From NCBI RefSeq assembly GCF_016127575.1, contig NZ_CP066018.1, positions 2,310,001-2,342,000 of the forward strand: 32,000 nucleotides of DNA, in the 5' to 3' direction. The position numbers and the translations under genes were made by a program. Positions 25,436 to 32,000 of the stretch are shown one piece after another. The notes beneath the pieces are model-generated. The model was given only the letters and a program-made list of their open reading frames with translations, had not been told where the DNA came from and searched no databases. How positions within the stretch are numbered: the stretch's first letter is position 1; each line of letters opens with the position of its first letter. This DNA comes from Cupriavidus necator (GTDB taxonomy: Bacteria; Pseudomonadota; Gammaproteobacteria; Burkholderiales; Burkholderiaceae).

Positions 25436-26530
25436 TCAGAGCGCGATGTCGATGTCGTACCAGTCTACCGCCGCATCGCCCAGCGCACCCACTTGCTGCG
25501 CCTCGCCGGCCACGAAGGTGTCGAGCGGGCCCGCCGCCAGCATGGTCACGCATTCGAGCCGGTAGCGCGCCGAACGCACCCGCGCGAACGGCAGGTACAG
25601 GCCCAGCGTCAGCGCGATCGCGATCAGGTTGGTGACGAAGATAAAGACCATGCGGCCGGCCCCCACCTCGCTGCGGAACGCATGCGGCGCCAGCGTGGTG
25701 TGGCTCCACACGACATTCTGCAAGCGTGCCATCACGTAAGGGCTGACGGCCAGCAGCGCCAGGTAGAAACCGGTCACGCCGATGCCGAACGACAACATCA
25801 TGCCCGCCTGGCCCGACGCGGTCGCGCCCAGCATGAAGCCGGCCAGTGCCGCGGCCGCCACCAGCGCGACCATCACGCCGAAGGCACGCAGGTAGACGCC
25901 GTAGAAATCGCCCGCGCCGGCATGGAAGGCAAACGGCGCGGTGCCGAAGCGGGTGTGGTTGTGCTGGTAGCGCTTGAAGCGCTGGTGCGCCAGCGGCCCC
26001 AGCAGGCCCAGCGTGGCCACTGCGGCCAGCGGCCACAGCACGAACACCTTGTAGGCATCGGCATCGCCGCCGGTAAAGGCGAAGCGCAGGCCGCGGTAGC
26101 TGGAGTTGGCCATGCGGAAACGCAACGAGCGCACCAGCAGCAGGGGGAACACCGCCAGCAGCGCCACCAGCATCGCCAGCGCAAGGAAGGGCGAGACCGT
26201 GGAGGCGAACTGGAAGGCGAGCACCAGCGCGAACACGATGGCGCGGCCCTTCAGGATCGCGGACGGCTTGCCGTGGTAGTCAAAACTCGCACCGTCGAGC
26301 CGCGTGTTGCGATAGAAATACTGCAACGTGCGCACCTTGGCCCAGGCCGAATAGATGCCGAAGGTGACGATGGTCAGCAGTGCATTGACGATCCAGATAC
26401 GGAAGTATTCCGAACCTGATCCGGTAAAGGACAGGCCCAGCGCCCGCGGCACGGCGTAGCGCGGCTCGGCAGGCGCCGGTGTCTCGTCTGCCGGGGTGCC
26501 GGCCAGGGTGAAATCGCTGCCAGCTTGCAT
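25436..26530 (-). CDS. YjgN/DUF898-family polytopic membrane protein, 364 aa
   Basis: FTGSGSEYFRIWIVNALLTIVTFGIYSAWAKVRTLQYFYRNT is the DUF898 N-terminal signature, and the pattern repeats in the second half (HTRFGTAPFAFHAGAGDFYGVYL...). GGAG lies upstream of the ATG at 26530. Confidence 0.8.
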   Translation of the reverse strand: MQAGSDFTLAGTPADETPAPAEPRYAVPRALGLSFTGSGSEYFRIWIVNALLTIVTFGIYSAWAKVRTLQYFYRNTRLDGASFDYHGKPSAILKGRAIVFALVLAFQFASTVSPFLALAMLVALLAVFPLLLVRSLRFRMANSSYRGLRFAFTGGDADAYKVFVLWPLAAVATLGLLGPLAHQRFKRYQHNHTRFGTAPFAFHAGAGDFYGVYLRAFGVMVALVAAAALAGFMLGATASGQAGMMLSFGIGVTGFYLALLAVSPYVMARLQNVVWSHTTLAPHAFRSEVGAGRMVFIFVTNLIAIALTLGLYLPFARVRSARYRLECVTMLAAGPLDTFVAGEAQQVGALGDAAVDWYDIDIAL

Positions 26531-26729
26531 GGCGGAGCTCCAGTGTGTGTGGAAAGCGACAGTAAGGATTGCGGCCTCGACCGCAGTTTCAGGAATGCAA
26601 CCACTTCAGTTCGGGCACTTGCGGCGATGCGCTCACATTCTCGCACTGATAAATAGCGACCACGGCACAATCTGCATATGCCATTGCCGCCAGGCGGGCA
26701 GGCGTATAAGAAAATGTGGGAAAACCCTC

Positions 26730-26852
26730 GTAACAATCTAGAAACATCCTGTTACACTAGACGTATTCTGTAACAACTTCTGAATGCGTGTTGCCAATGA
26801 AATCATGGGGTTAGTCCCGCTGGCACGTAAATCGCTATCTTGATTGTTACAA
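26730..26852. promoter_or_regulatory. Array of four self-complementary (T)GT-N-ACA motifs in a low-GC non-coding core; candidate operator array
   Basis: GTAACA 26730-26735, TGTTACA 26750-26756, TGTAACA 26769-26775 and TTGTTACAA 26844-26852. The first three are 19-20 bp apart. Confidence 0.4.
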
Positions 26853-27248
26853 AGATGAGCGGCAAGCCACAGCCGCCAACGGAAGTGCCAGGGAGGGAGT
26901 GAAGGCCGACAGGCCGCACTTGCCGGCACTTCACGTAAAGCCAGGGCGACGGGAAAATCCGCGCAACAAGCGCGTTTCAAAAAGGGGGGCGCAGGGCCAG
27001 CGCCGGCAATCCATGGACCCACGCGGCAGATATTTTTGCAAGTATCCGCCGACGATGAAAAGCAGTACTGCAGTAATTTTCAGGCGCGGGTGTTTCCTTG
27101 CAGGGAGGCATGGAAACGCCCGCCGCACCTCATACCGCACCCCGCGCCGCATCCTCACAGACCGCACCTGCCGGTCGACCACCAGCCACCATCGCTACTG
27201 CTTGTTGCAGAGCAGCATCGAAATTCCTTGTATCGTTCGCACCCTAAT

Positions 27249-27267
27249 CCATAATTATGAATTATGG
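27249..27267. promoter_or_regulatory. Perfect 8-3-8 inverted repeat CCATAATT-ATG-AATTATGG upstream of the GntR regulator gene
   Basis: Read directly. It ends 80 bp before the GntR ATG (27347) and is an AT-rich island. Confidence 0.4.
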
Positions 27268-27346
27268 CTGGCCGGGCGCATCTGCCCTGGCCGACGCCAG
27301 ATCGTGACCGGGACGCATCGGTCACGCGATCCGACCCGGGGGAAGT

Positions 27347-28066
27347 ATGCGCATCGTCCAGCAGGCGTTGTACCTGGAAGTGGCAGACCGGCTGCGCGCC
27401 ATGATCGACGCGCATACGCTCGTGCCCGGCGCATGGATCGACGAGAGCGCGATGGCCGAAACGCTTGGCATCTCGCGCACGCCGCTGCGCGAAGCGCTCA
27501 AGGTGCTGGCCGCCGAAGGCCTGGTGCGGCTGGAGCCGCGGCGCGGCTGCTTCGTCAATGAGCTGTCCGAGCAGGACCTGGACGAGATCTTCCCGCTGAT
27601 GGCACTGCTGGAAGGGCGCTGTGCCTACGAGGCGGCGCGCAACGCCACGCGCGCCGACCTGGACGCACTGGACGGCCTGCATGCCGACCTGGCGCGCTAT
27701 GCGCAGGCGGGCGACATCGACGCCTACTACGAAACCAACTTCCAGATCCACGAATCGATCCAGCGGCTGGCCGGCAACCGCTGGCTGTCGGGCCTGATCA
27801 GCGACCTGCGCAAGGTGCTGCGGCTGTCGCGCCACAAGAGCCTGAAGCTGCCGGGCCGGATCCAGGAATCCTGCGCCGAGCACCTGTCCGTGTTTGCCGC
27901 GCTCAAGGCCCGCGACCCGGAAGGCGCCGAGGCGATGATGAAGACCCACCTGCTGCGCCAGCGCGCGGCGCTCAAGACGCTGGATGCCGGCGCCACCGCC
28001 GGCGCAGCCGAGGCCCAGGCCGTGCGCGCGCCGCCGGTGCTGCGCGTAGCCGGCGCCGAAGAGTAG
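27347..28066 (+). CDS. GntR-family transcriptional regulator, FadR/FCD subfamily (MatR/MdcY-like by context), 239 aa
   Basis: wHTH ESAMAETLGISRTPLREALKVLAAEGLVRLEPRRGCFV followed by an all-helical FCD-type C-terminal domain. It is the first gene of the malonate cluster. Confidence 0.85.
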   Translation: MRIVQQALYLEVADRLRAMIDAHTLVPGAWIDESAMAETLGISRTPLREALKVLAAEGLVRLEPRRGCFVNELSEQDLDEIFPLMALLEGRCAYEAARNATRADLDALDGLHADLARYAQAGDIDAYYETNFQIHESIQRLAGNRWLSGLISDLRKVLRLSRHKSLKLPGRIQESCAEHLSVFAALKARDPEGAEAMMKTHLLRQRAALKTLDAGATAGAAEAQAVRAPPVLRVAGAEE

Positions 28067-28132
28067 CCGGCGCCGCAACCCCAGTCCGACGTTTTTCCCA
28101 CGTTCAGATCGATGCATCAAGGCAGGTACCGC

Positions 28133-29590
28133 ATGAATTCCTTCGACACGGGTGACCAGAAGATCAGTGCGCCGCTGGGCGAAAGCGAGCCGGCAGGTTC
28201 CAAGTTCCTGTCGCGGCTGGGCCGCTGGTGGGGACGCAAGGGCGAGGGCGACACCAAGGCCCCGGCAACGCCGGTCGATGGCGAGGCGCCGCTGGCGGCG
28301 CGCGCGGTGCGCCGCCAGCGCGAGCAGCTGCGGCTTTGCTTCGACGCGCGCCTGACCGATGGCGCCGCCAATGCCGCCGCGCAGGCATGGCAGGCCGAGT
28401 ATGAGGCTGCTGGCGAGGCCACCCGGCGCGGCATGCTGGCGGTGCTGGCCGAAGTCGCCAGCAGCGGCGGCAAGGGCAGCGAAGAGGCCGGGGCCGACGG
28501 CGACAAGGGCGCGCGCGCCGCCCGCGCGCAGGCCGCGTCTTCGGGCCTGGCCCAGGCCCTGTCCAATGCGCGCATCCGCTTCTTCAAGCGGCTGGCCGCG
28601 CTGCACGGCCAGCGCGGCAACAGCGCCTGCGGCCTGCACTTCCTGATCCAGCTGCGCGCCGACATGCTGCGCTGGCAGCGCCGCATGCCAGGGCTGCGCC
28701 CGCTTGACGACGATCTCGAGGCGCTGTTCTCCAACTGGTTCGACGTGGGCCTGCTGGAGCTGCAGCCGATCACCTGGGATTCGCCGGCATCGCTGCTGGA
28801 AAAGCTGATCCGCTACGAGGCCGTGCATGAAATCGCCTCATGGACCGACCTGCGCAACCGCCTCGATTCCGACCGCCGCTGCTTTGCGTTCTTCCACCCG
28901 CGCATCCCGCGCGAGCCGCTGATCTTTGTCGAGGTGGCATTCGCGCCGGAGATGGCGGCCAATGTCCATACATTGCTGGATGAAGCCGCGCCGCTGGAAG
29001 ACCTGCGCCGCGTCAAGTGGGCCATCTTCTATTCGATCAGCAATACGCAGGCGGGCCTGCGCGGCGTGAGCTTCGGCAACTTTCTGCTCAAGCGCGTGAT
29101 CGAGGAGGTCCAGCGTGAATTCCCAAAAGTGAATCAGTTCGCCACGCTCTCACCAATCCCCGGATTTGCCGACTGGCTGCGCAAGCAGGACGGCGATGCC
29201 GTTGCGCGCGTGCTGGGCGACAAGCGCCTGGCGCGCTGGAGCGAGCGCCACGGCAAGGCGCCAGCGGACGGCGCCGGGTGGCTGGAGGCGCTGGTGCCGG
29301 ACGCCGCCGATACCGTGATCCGCGATACCGCGATGACCCTGGCCGCGCATTTCCTGGTGCGCGAGCGCAACCAGTCGATGCCCGCCGACCCGGTCGCGCG
29401 CTTCCACCTGGGCAACGGGGCATGCGTGGAGCGGCTGAACTGGGGCGCCGACCTGTCGCGCAAAGGCCGCAGCCAGAGCTGCGGGATGATGGTCAATTAT
29501 CTTTACGTGCCCGAGGCGCTGGATGACAATCTGGCACGCTTGGGCGCCGGCAACCCGCGCATCAGCCGTAGCGTCGGGAAGCTGCTGTGA
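28133..29590 (+). CDS. matA: Malonyl-CoA decarboxylase (MatA/MLYCD family), 485 aa
   Basis: The conserved core WDSPASLLEKLIRYEAVHEI...FFHPRIPREPLIFVEVAF...AIFYSISNTQAGLRGVSFGNFLLKRV...FATLSPIPGF matches the MCD family as I recall it. Start ambiguous: I chose ATG 28133 (AAGGCAGG upstream) over ATG 28112. Confidence 0.85.
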   Translation: MNSFDTGDQKISAPLGESEPAGSKFLSRLGRWWGRKGEGDTKAPATPVDGEAPLAARAVRRQREQLRLCFDARLTDGAANAAAQAWQAEYEAAGEATRRGMLAVLAEVASSGGKGSEEAGADGDKGARAARAQAASSGLAQALSNARIRFFKRLAALHGQRGNSACGLHFLIQLRADMLRWQRRMPGLRPLDDDLEALFSNWFDVGLLELQPITWDSPASLLEKLIRYEAVHEIASWTDLRNRLDSDRRCFAFFHPRIPREPLIFVEVAFAPEMAANVHTLLDEAAPLEDLRRVKWAIFYSISNTQAGLRGVSFGNFLLKRVIEEVQREFPKVNQFATLSPIPGFADWLRKQDGDAVARVLGDKRLARWSERHGKAPADGAGWLEALVPDAADTVIRDTAMTLAAHFLVRERNQSMPADPVARFHLGNGACVERLNWGADLSRKGRSQSCGMMVNYLYVPEALDDNLARLGAGNPRISRSVGKLL

Positions 29591-29623
29591 CCCTGGTCCG
29601 GTCACGCGGGTCGCCCCCGCACC

Positions 29624-29651
29624 CGCGGCGCCTGGCGCGCCGCGTTTTCTT
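29624..29651 (+). terminator. Terminator-like hairpin after matA (CGCGGCGC-CTGGC-GCGCCGCG followed by TTTTCTT)
   Basis: An 8-bp all-GC stem and 5-nt loop with a T-rich tail, beginning 34 nt after the matA stop. Confidence 0.55.
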
Positions 29652-29737
29652 GTCGGGACCTGAGCAGTAACTTCGCGCCGCGGCAGTGTCGCGCGGCCAT
29701 CAGATTGACTTTCCGCAGAAGAGAGAGGAGACAACCA

Positions 29738-30751
29738 ATGAATCGTCGTCAGTTCAGCCTGGCCGCGTGCGCGCGCGCAACGGGCGTGGCCCTGGGCCTG
29801 GCCGGCCTGGGCGCCGGCGCAATGCTCGCCGCACCCGCCGCGCATGCCGACACCTGGCCGTCCAAGCCCGTCACCGTGATCGTGCCGTTTCCCGCCGGCG
29901 GCGGCACCGACGCCTTTGCGCGGCCGCTGACCGCGCAGTTGTCCAAGCAGCTCGGCAAGCAGTTCGTGATCGACAACCGCGGCGGCGCCGGCGGCACGGT
30001 CGGCGCCAGCATTGCGGCCAAGGCCGCGCCGGACGGCTACACGGTGTTCATCGGCGGCGCGCACCACGCGATTGCGCCGTCGTTCTACAAGAAGCTGGAC
30101 TACGACATCGAGAAGGACTTCATCCCGGTCACGGTGATCGCGCAGCCGCCGCAAGTGGTGGTGGTCAATCCCAACCGCGTCAAGGCCAACACGCTGCAGG
30201 AGCTGATTGCCTACGCCAAGGCCAATCCTGGCAAGCTGAACTACGGTTCGGCCGGCAACGGCTCGTCGCACCACCTGGCGGGCGAGCTGTTCAAGCTCCA
30301 GACCAAGACCTTCATCACCCACATCCCCTACAAGGGTGCGGGCCCGGCGCTGTCCGACCTGATCGCGGGCCAGGTCGACCTGATGTTCGACGGCCTGGGC
30401 TCGTCGGCGCAGCATATCCGCGCGGGCCGCATCAAGGCGCTGGCGGTGGCTTCGAGCAAACGCTCGGCGGCGTTCCCCAACGTGCCGACCGCGGCCGAGG
30501 CGGGCGTGCCCAACTATGACGTGTCGACCTGGTATGCGATGTGGGTGCCCAAGGGTACGCCCAAGGAGATCGTCGACCGCCTGTACGCAGAGACCGAGAA
30601 GGCGCTGAACACGTCGGAGCTCAAGCAGGTCTGGCTTAACAACGGTTCCGAGACGCCGGCGTTTACGCAGGAACAGTTCGCGCAGTTCCAGCACGCCGAG
30701 ATTCGCCGCTGGGCCCAGGTGGTGCAGCAGTCCGGCGCCAAGATCGACTGA
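29738..30751 (+). CDS. Bug-family (TctC-like) tripartite tricarboxylate transporter substrate-binding protein, 337 aa
   Basis: Tat-like signal MNRRQFSLAA...AAHA, then the Bug hallmark WPSKPVTVIVPFPAGGGTDAFARPL...NRGGAGG. GAGAGGAG lies upstream of the ATG at 29738. Confidence 0.88.
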   Translation: MNRRQFSLAACARATGVALGLAGLGAGAMLAAPAAHADTWPSKPVTVIVPFPAGGGTDAFARPLTAQLSKQLGKQFVIDNRGGAGGTVGASIAAKAAPDGYTVFIGGAHHAIAPSFYKKLDYDIEKDFIPVTVIAQPPQVVVVNPNRVKANTLQELIAYAKANPGKLNYGSAGNGSSHHLAGELFKLQTKTFITHIPYKGAGPALSDLIAGQVDLMFDGLGSSAQHIRAGRIKALAVASSKRSAAFPNVPTAAEAGVPNYDVSTWYAMWVPKGTPKEIVDRLYAETEKALNTSELKQVWLNNGSETPAFTQEQFAQFQHAEIRRWAQVVQQSGAKID

Positions 30752-30795
30752 CGGGGCGCCATGTCAACGCTGATCCGATGCAAGGGGGCGCGGCG

Positions 30796-31578
30796 ATGAG
30801 CGGCACCGTATTGTTTGCCACGCAGGGCACCACCGCCACCGTGACGCTGTCGCACGCGGGCAAGCTCAACGCCATTTCCGCTCAGATGTGGCGCGAGCTG
30901 GCCGCGGGCTTTGCACGCCTGTCCGCCGATACCTCGCTGCGCTGCGTGGTGGTGCGCGGGGCTGACGGCAACTTTGCCGCCGGCGCCGACATCGCCGAGT
31001 TCCCGGCAGAGCGCGCCGACGAGGCCGCGGTGCGCCACTACCACATGGCCACCATCGCGCCGGCACTGGCGGCGGTGGCGCAATGCACACACCCCACCGT
31101 GGCGATGATTGAAGGCGTATGCGTGGGCGGCGGGCTGGAAATCGCCAGCCACTGCGACCTGCGCATCGCCGCCTCGGACAGCCGCTTCGGCGTGCCCATC
31201 AACCGCCTGGGCTTCCCGATGGCGCCCGGCGAGCTGCAGGGCCTGCTGGCGCTGGCGGGCCGCGCCGCCGCGCTGGAGATCCTGCTGGAAGGCCGGGTCT
31301 TCGACGCCGCCGAGGCGCGCGACAAAGGGCTGCTGACGCGCGTGGTCGAGCCCGGCGCGCTGGCCGCGGAGGTCGAGGCCACGGCGCGCCGCATTGCCGC
31401 CGGCGCGCCCGTGGCCGCCCGCATCAACAAGGCCACCATCCGCCGGCTGGCGCCGCTGCCGGCACCGCTGTCGCCCGCCGAGCTGGACGCGCATTTTGCC
31501 TACGCCGAAGGCGCGGACCATGCGGAAGGGGTGGCCGCCTTCCTCGCGCACCGGCCACCGCAGTTCCGTGGGGAGTAG
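30796..31578 (+). CDS. Crotonase-superfamily (enoyl-CoA hydratase/isomerase-like) protein, 260 aa
   Basis: AAGADIAEF...MIEGVCVGGGLEIASHCDLRIAA...FGVPINRLG is the crotonase oxyanion-hole fold. Start set at MSGTVLF (30796; AAGGGGG upstream); the track start is 30778. Confidence 0.8.
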   Translation: MSGTVLFATQGTTATVTLSHAGKLNAISAQMWRELAAGFARLSADTSLRCVVVRGADGNFAAGADIAEFPAERADEAAVRHYHMATIAPALAAVAQCTHPTVAMIEGVCVGGGLEIASHCDLRIAASDSRFGVPINRLGFPMAPGELQGLLALAGRAAALEILLEGRVFDAAEARDKGLLTRVVEPGALAAEVEATARRIAAGAPVAARINKATIRRLAPLPAPLSPAELDAHFAYAEGADHAEGVAAFLAHRPPQFRGE

Positions 31579-31651
31579 GGCACGCTGCCAGCACTGCTTC
31601 CACACGCCATTGTTTTCTTCGTTTTCCTTAGCCTTTCGTTCGATCCCCGAC

Positions 31652-32000
31652 ATGAACGCCAACCTGTTCGCCCTGTTCGAATCCCGCTTCCCCGCCGACC
31701 GCACCGCCTGCTGCATCGAGACGCATGACGGGCTGTATTACAGCTGGGACGACCTTGACCGCGCCACCGCCAAGCTGGCCAACCTGCTGGCCTCGCTGCA
31801 CCTGCCCGAAGGCGCACGCGTGGCGGTGCAGGTGGAGAAGTCCCCCGAAGCGCTGTTCCTGTACCTGGCCACGCTGCGCGCCGGCTACGTCTACCTGCCG
31901 CTGAACACCGCCTACCAGGAGGCAGAGATCGACTACTTCGTCGGCAATGCCGAGCCGTCGGTGGTGGTGTGCAGCAGCAAGAATTTCGGCTGGGTGTCCA
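31652..32000 (+). CDS. matB: Malonyl-CoA synthetase (AMP-forming acyl-CoA ligase, MatB-like); N-terminal 116 codons, truncated by the window end
   Basis: My translation gives MNANLFALFESRFPADRTACCIETHDGLYYSWDDLDRATAKLANLLASLHLPEGARVAVQVEKSPEALFLYLATLRAGYVYLPLNTAYQEAEIDYFVGNAEP. It closely parallels rhizobial MatB (RVAVQVEKS.EAL.LYLA.LR.G.VYLPLNTAY...E.DYF.GDAEP, from memory). It is absent from the ORF track because it is open-ended. Confidence 0.8.
   Translation, partial: MNANLFALFESRFPADRTACCIETHDGLYYSWDDLDRATAKLANLLASLHLPEGARVAVQVEKSPEALFLYLATLRAGYVYLPLNTAYQEAEIDYFVGNAEPSVVVCSSKNFGWVS

Noticed and set aside
27110-27247. A 45-codon ORF (METPAAPHTAPRAASSQTAPAGRPPATIATACCRAASKFLVSFAP) preceded by GGGAGG inside the non-coding island.
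   Set aside because: The GGAGG ends only 1 nt before the ATG, too close for a functional Shine-Dalgarno. The composition is low-complexity Ala/Pro and no family resemblance is visible. It remains only as a possibility within the non-coding island finding.
1-32000. A window-wide look for CRISPR arrays, IS elements or transposases, toxin-antitoxin pairs, restriction-modification or other defence modules, and prophage genes.
   Set aside because: None were seen. There are no spaced identical repeats, no DDE, serine or tyrosine recombinase-like translations, and no small adjacent gene pairs of TA type. The only methyltransferase has no nuclease or specificity partner. The window reads as conserved core chromosome, so the findings above are about uncharacterised core modules rather than an accessory system.

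Overview
This is a visibly GC-rich, gene-dense chromosomal segment. Gene content (a Bug/TctC-type receptor, CysB, the lptFG-pepA-holC layout) points to a betaproteobacterium of the Burkholderiaceae, Cupriavidus/Ralstonia-like; that assignment is inference, no search was run. I can support 29 protein genes, two of them truncated at the window edges, and one tRNA-Leu(CAA). Left to right they are: an AspT/YidE-like transporter (partial), an M48 lipoprotein peptidase, tRNA-Leu, an alpha/beta hydrolase, a LivJ-like binding protein with a beta-hydroxyacid dehydrogenase, an NPPW methyltransferase and cysB. cysB is divergent from a seven-gene sulfate-assimilation operon: TauE-like permease, cysI, DUF934, APS-type cysH, cysD, cysN, cobA. 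That operon converges on lptF-lptG-cbiX. Next come pepA-holC with a translationally coupled acidic ORF, ilvD divergent from a LysR regulator followed by lgt, and a DUF898(YjgN)-M48 membrane pair. An 816-bp non-coding island follows, then a malonate cluster: GntR regulator, malonyl-CoA decarboxylase, Bug receptor, crotonase-fold protein and matB (partial). I found no transposase, integrase, CRISPR array, phage gene or recognisable defence system, so this reads as core genome rather than an accessory island. The best candidates for new biology are: (1) the uncharacterised DUF898-M48 bicistron; (2) the non-coding island with its array of TGT-N-ACA motifs and a possible sRNA or leader; (3) CysI paired with DUF934 in place of CysJ, behind a TauE-family permease; (4) the holC-coupled ORF; (5) the MatC-less malonate cluster built around an orphan Bug receptor and a crotonase lacking one catalytic Glu. 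All functional calls come from reading the translated motifs by eye. None has been checked against a database.
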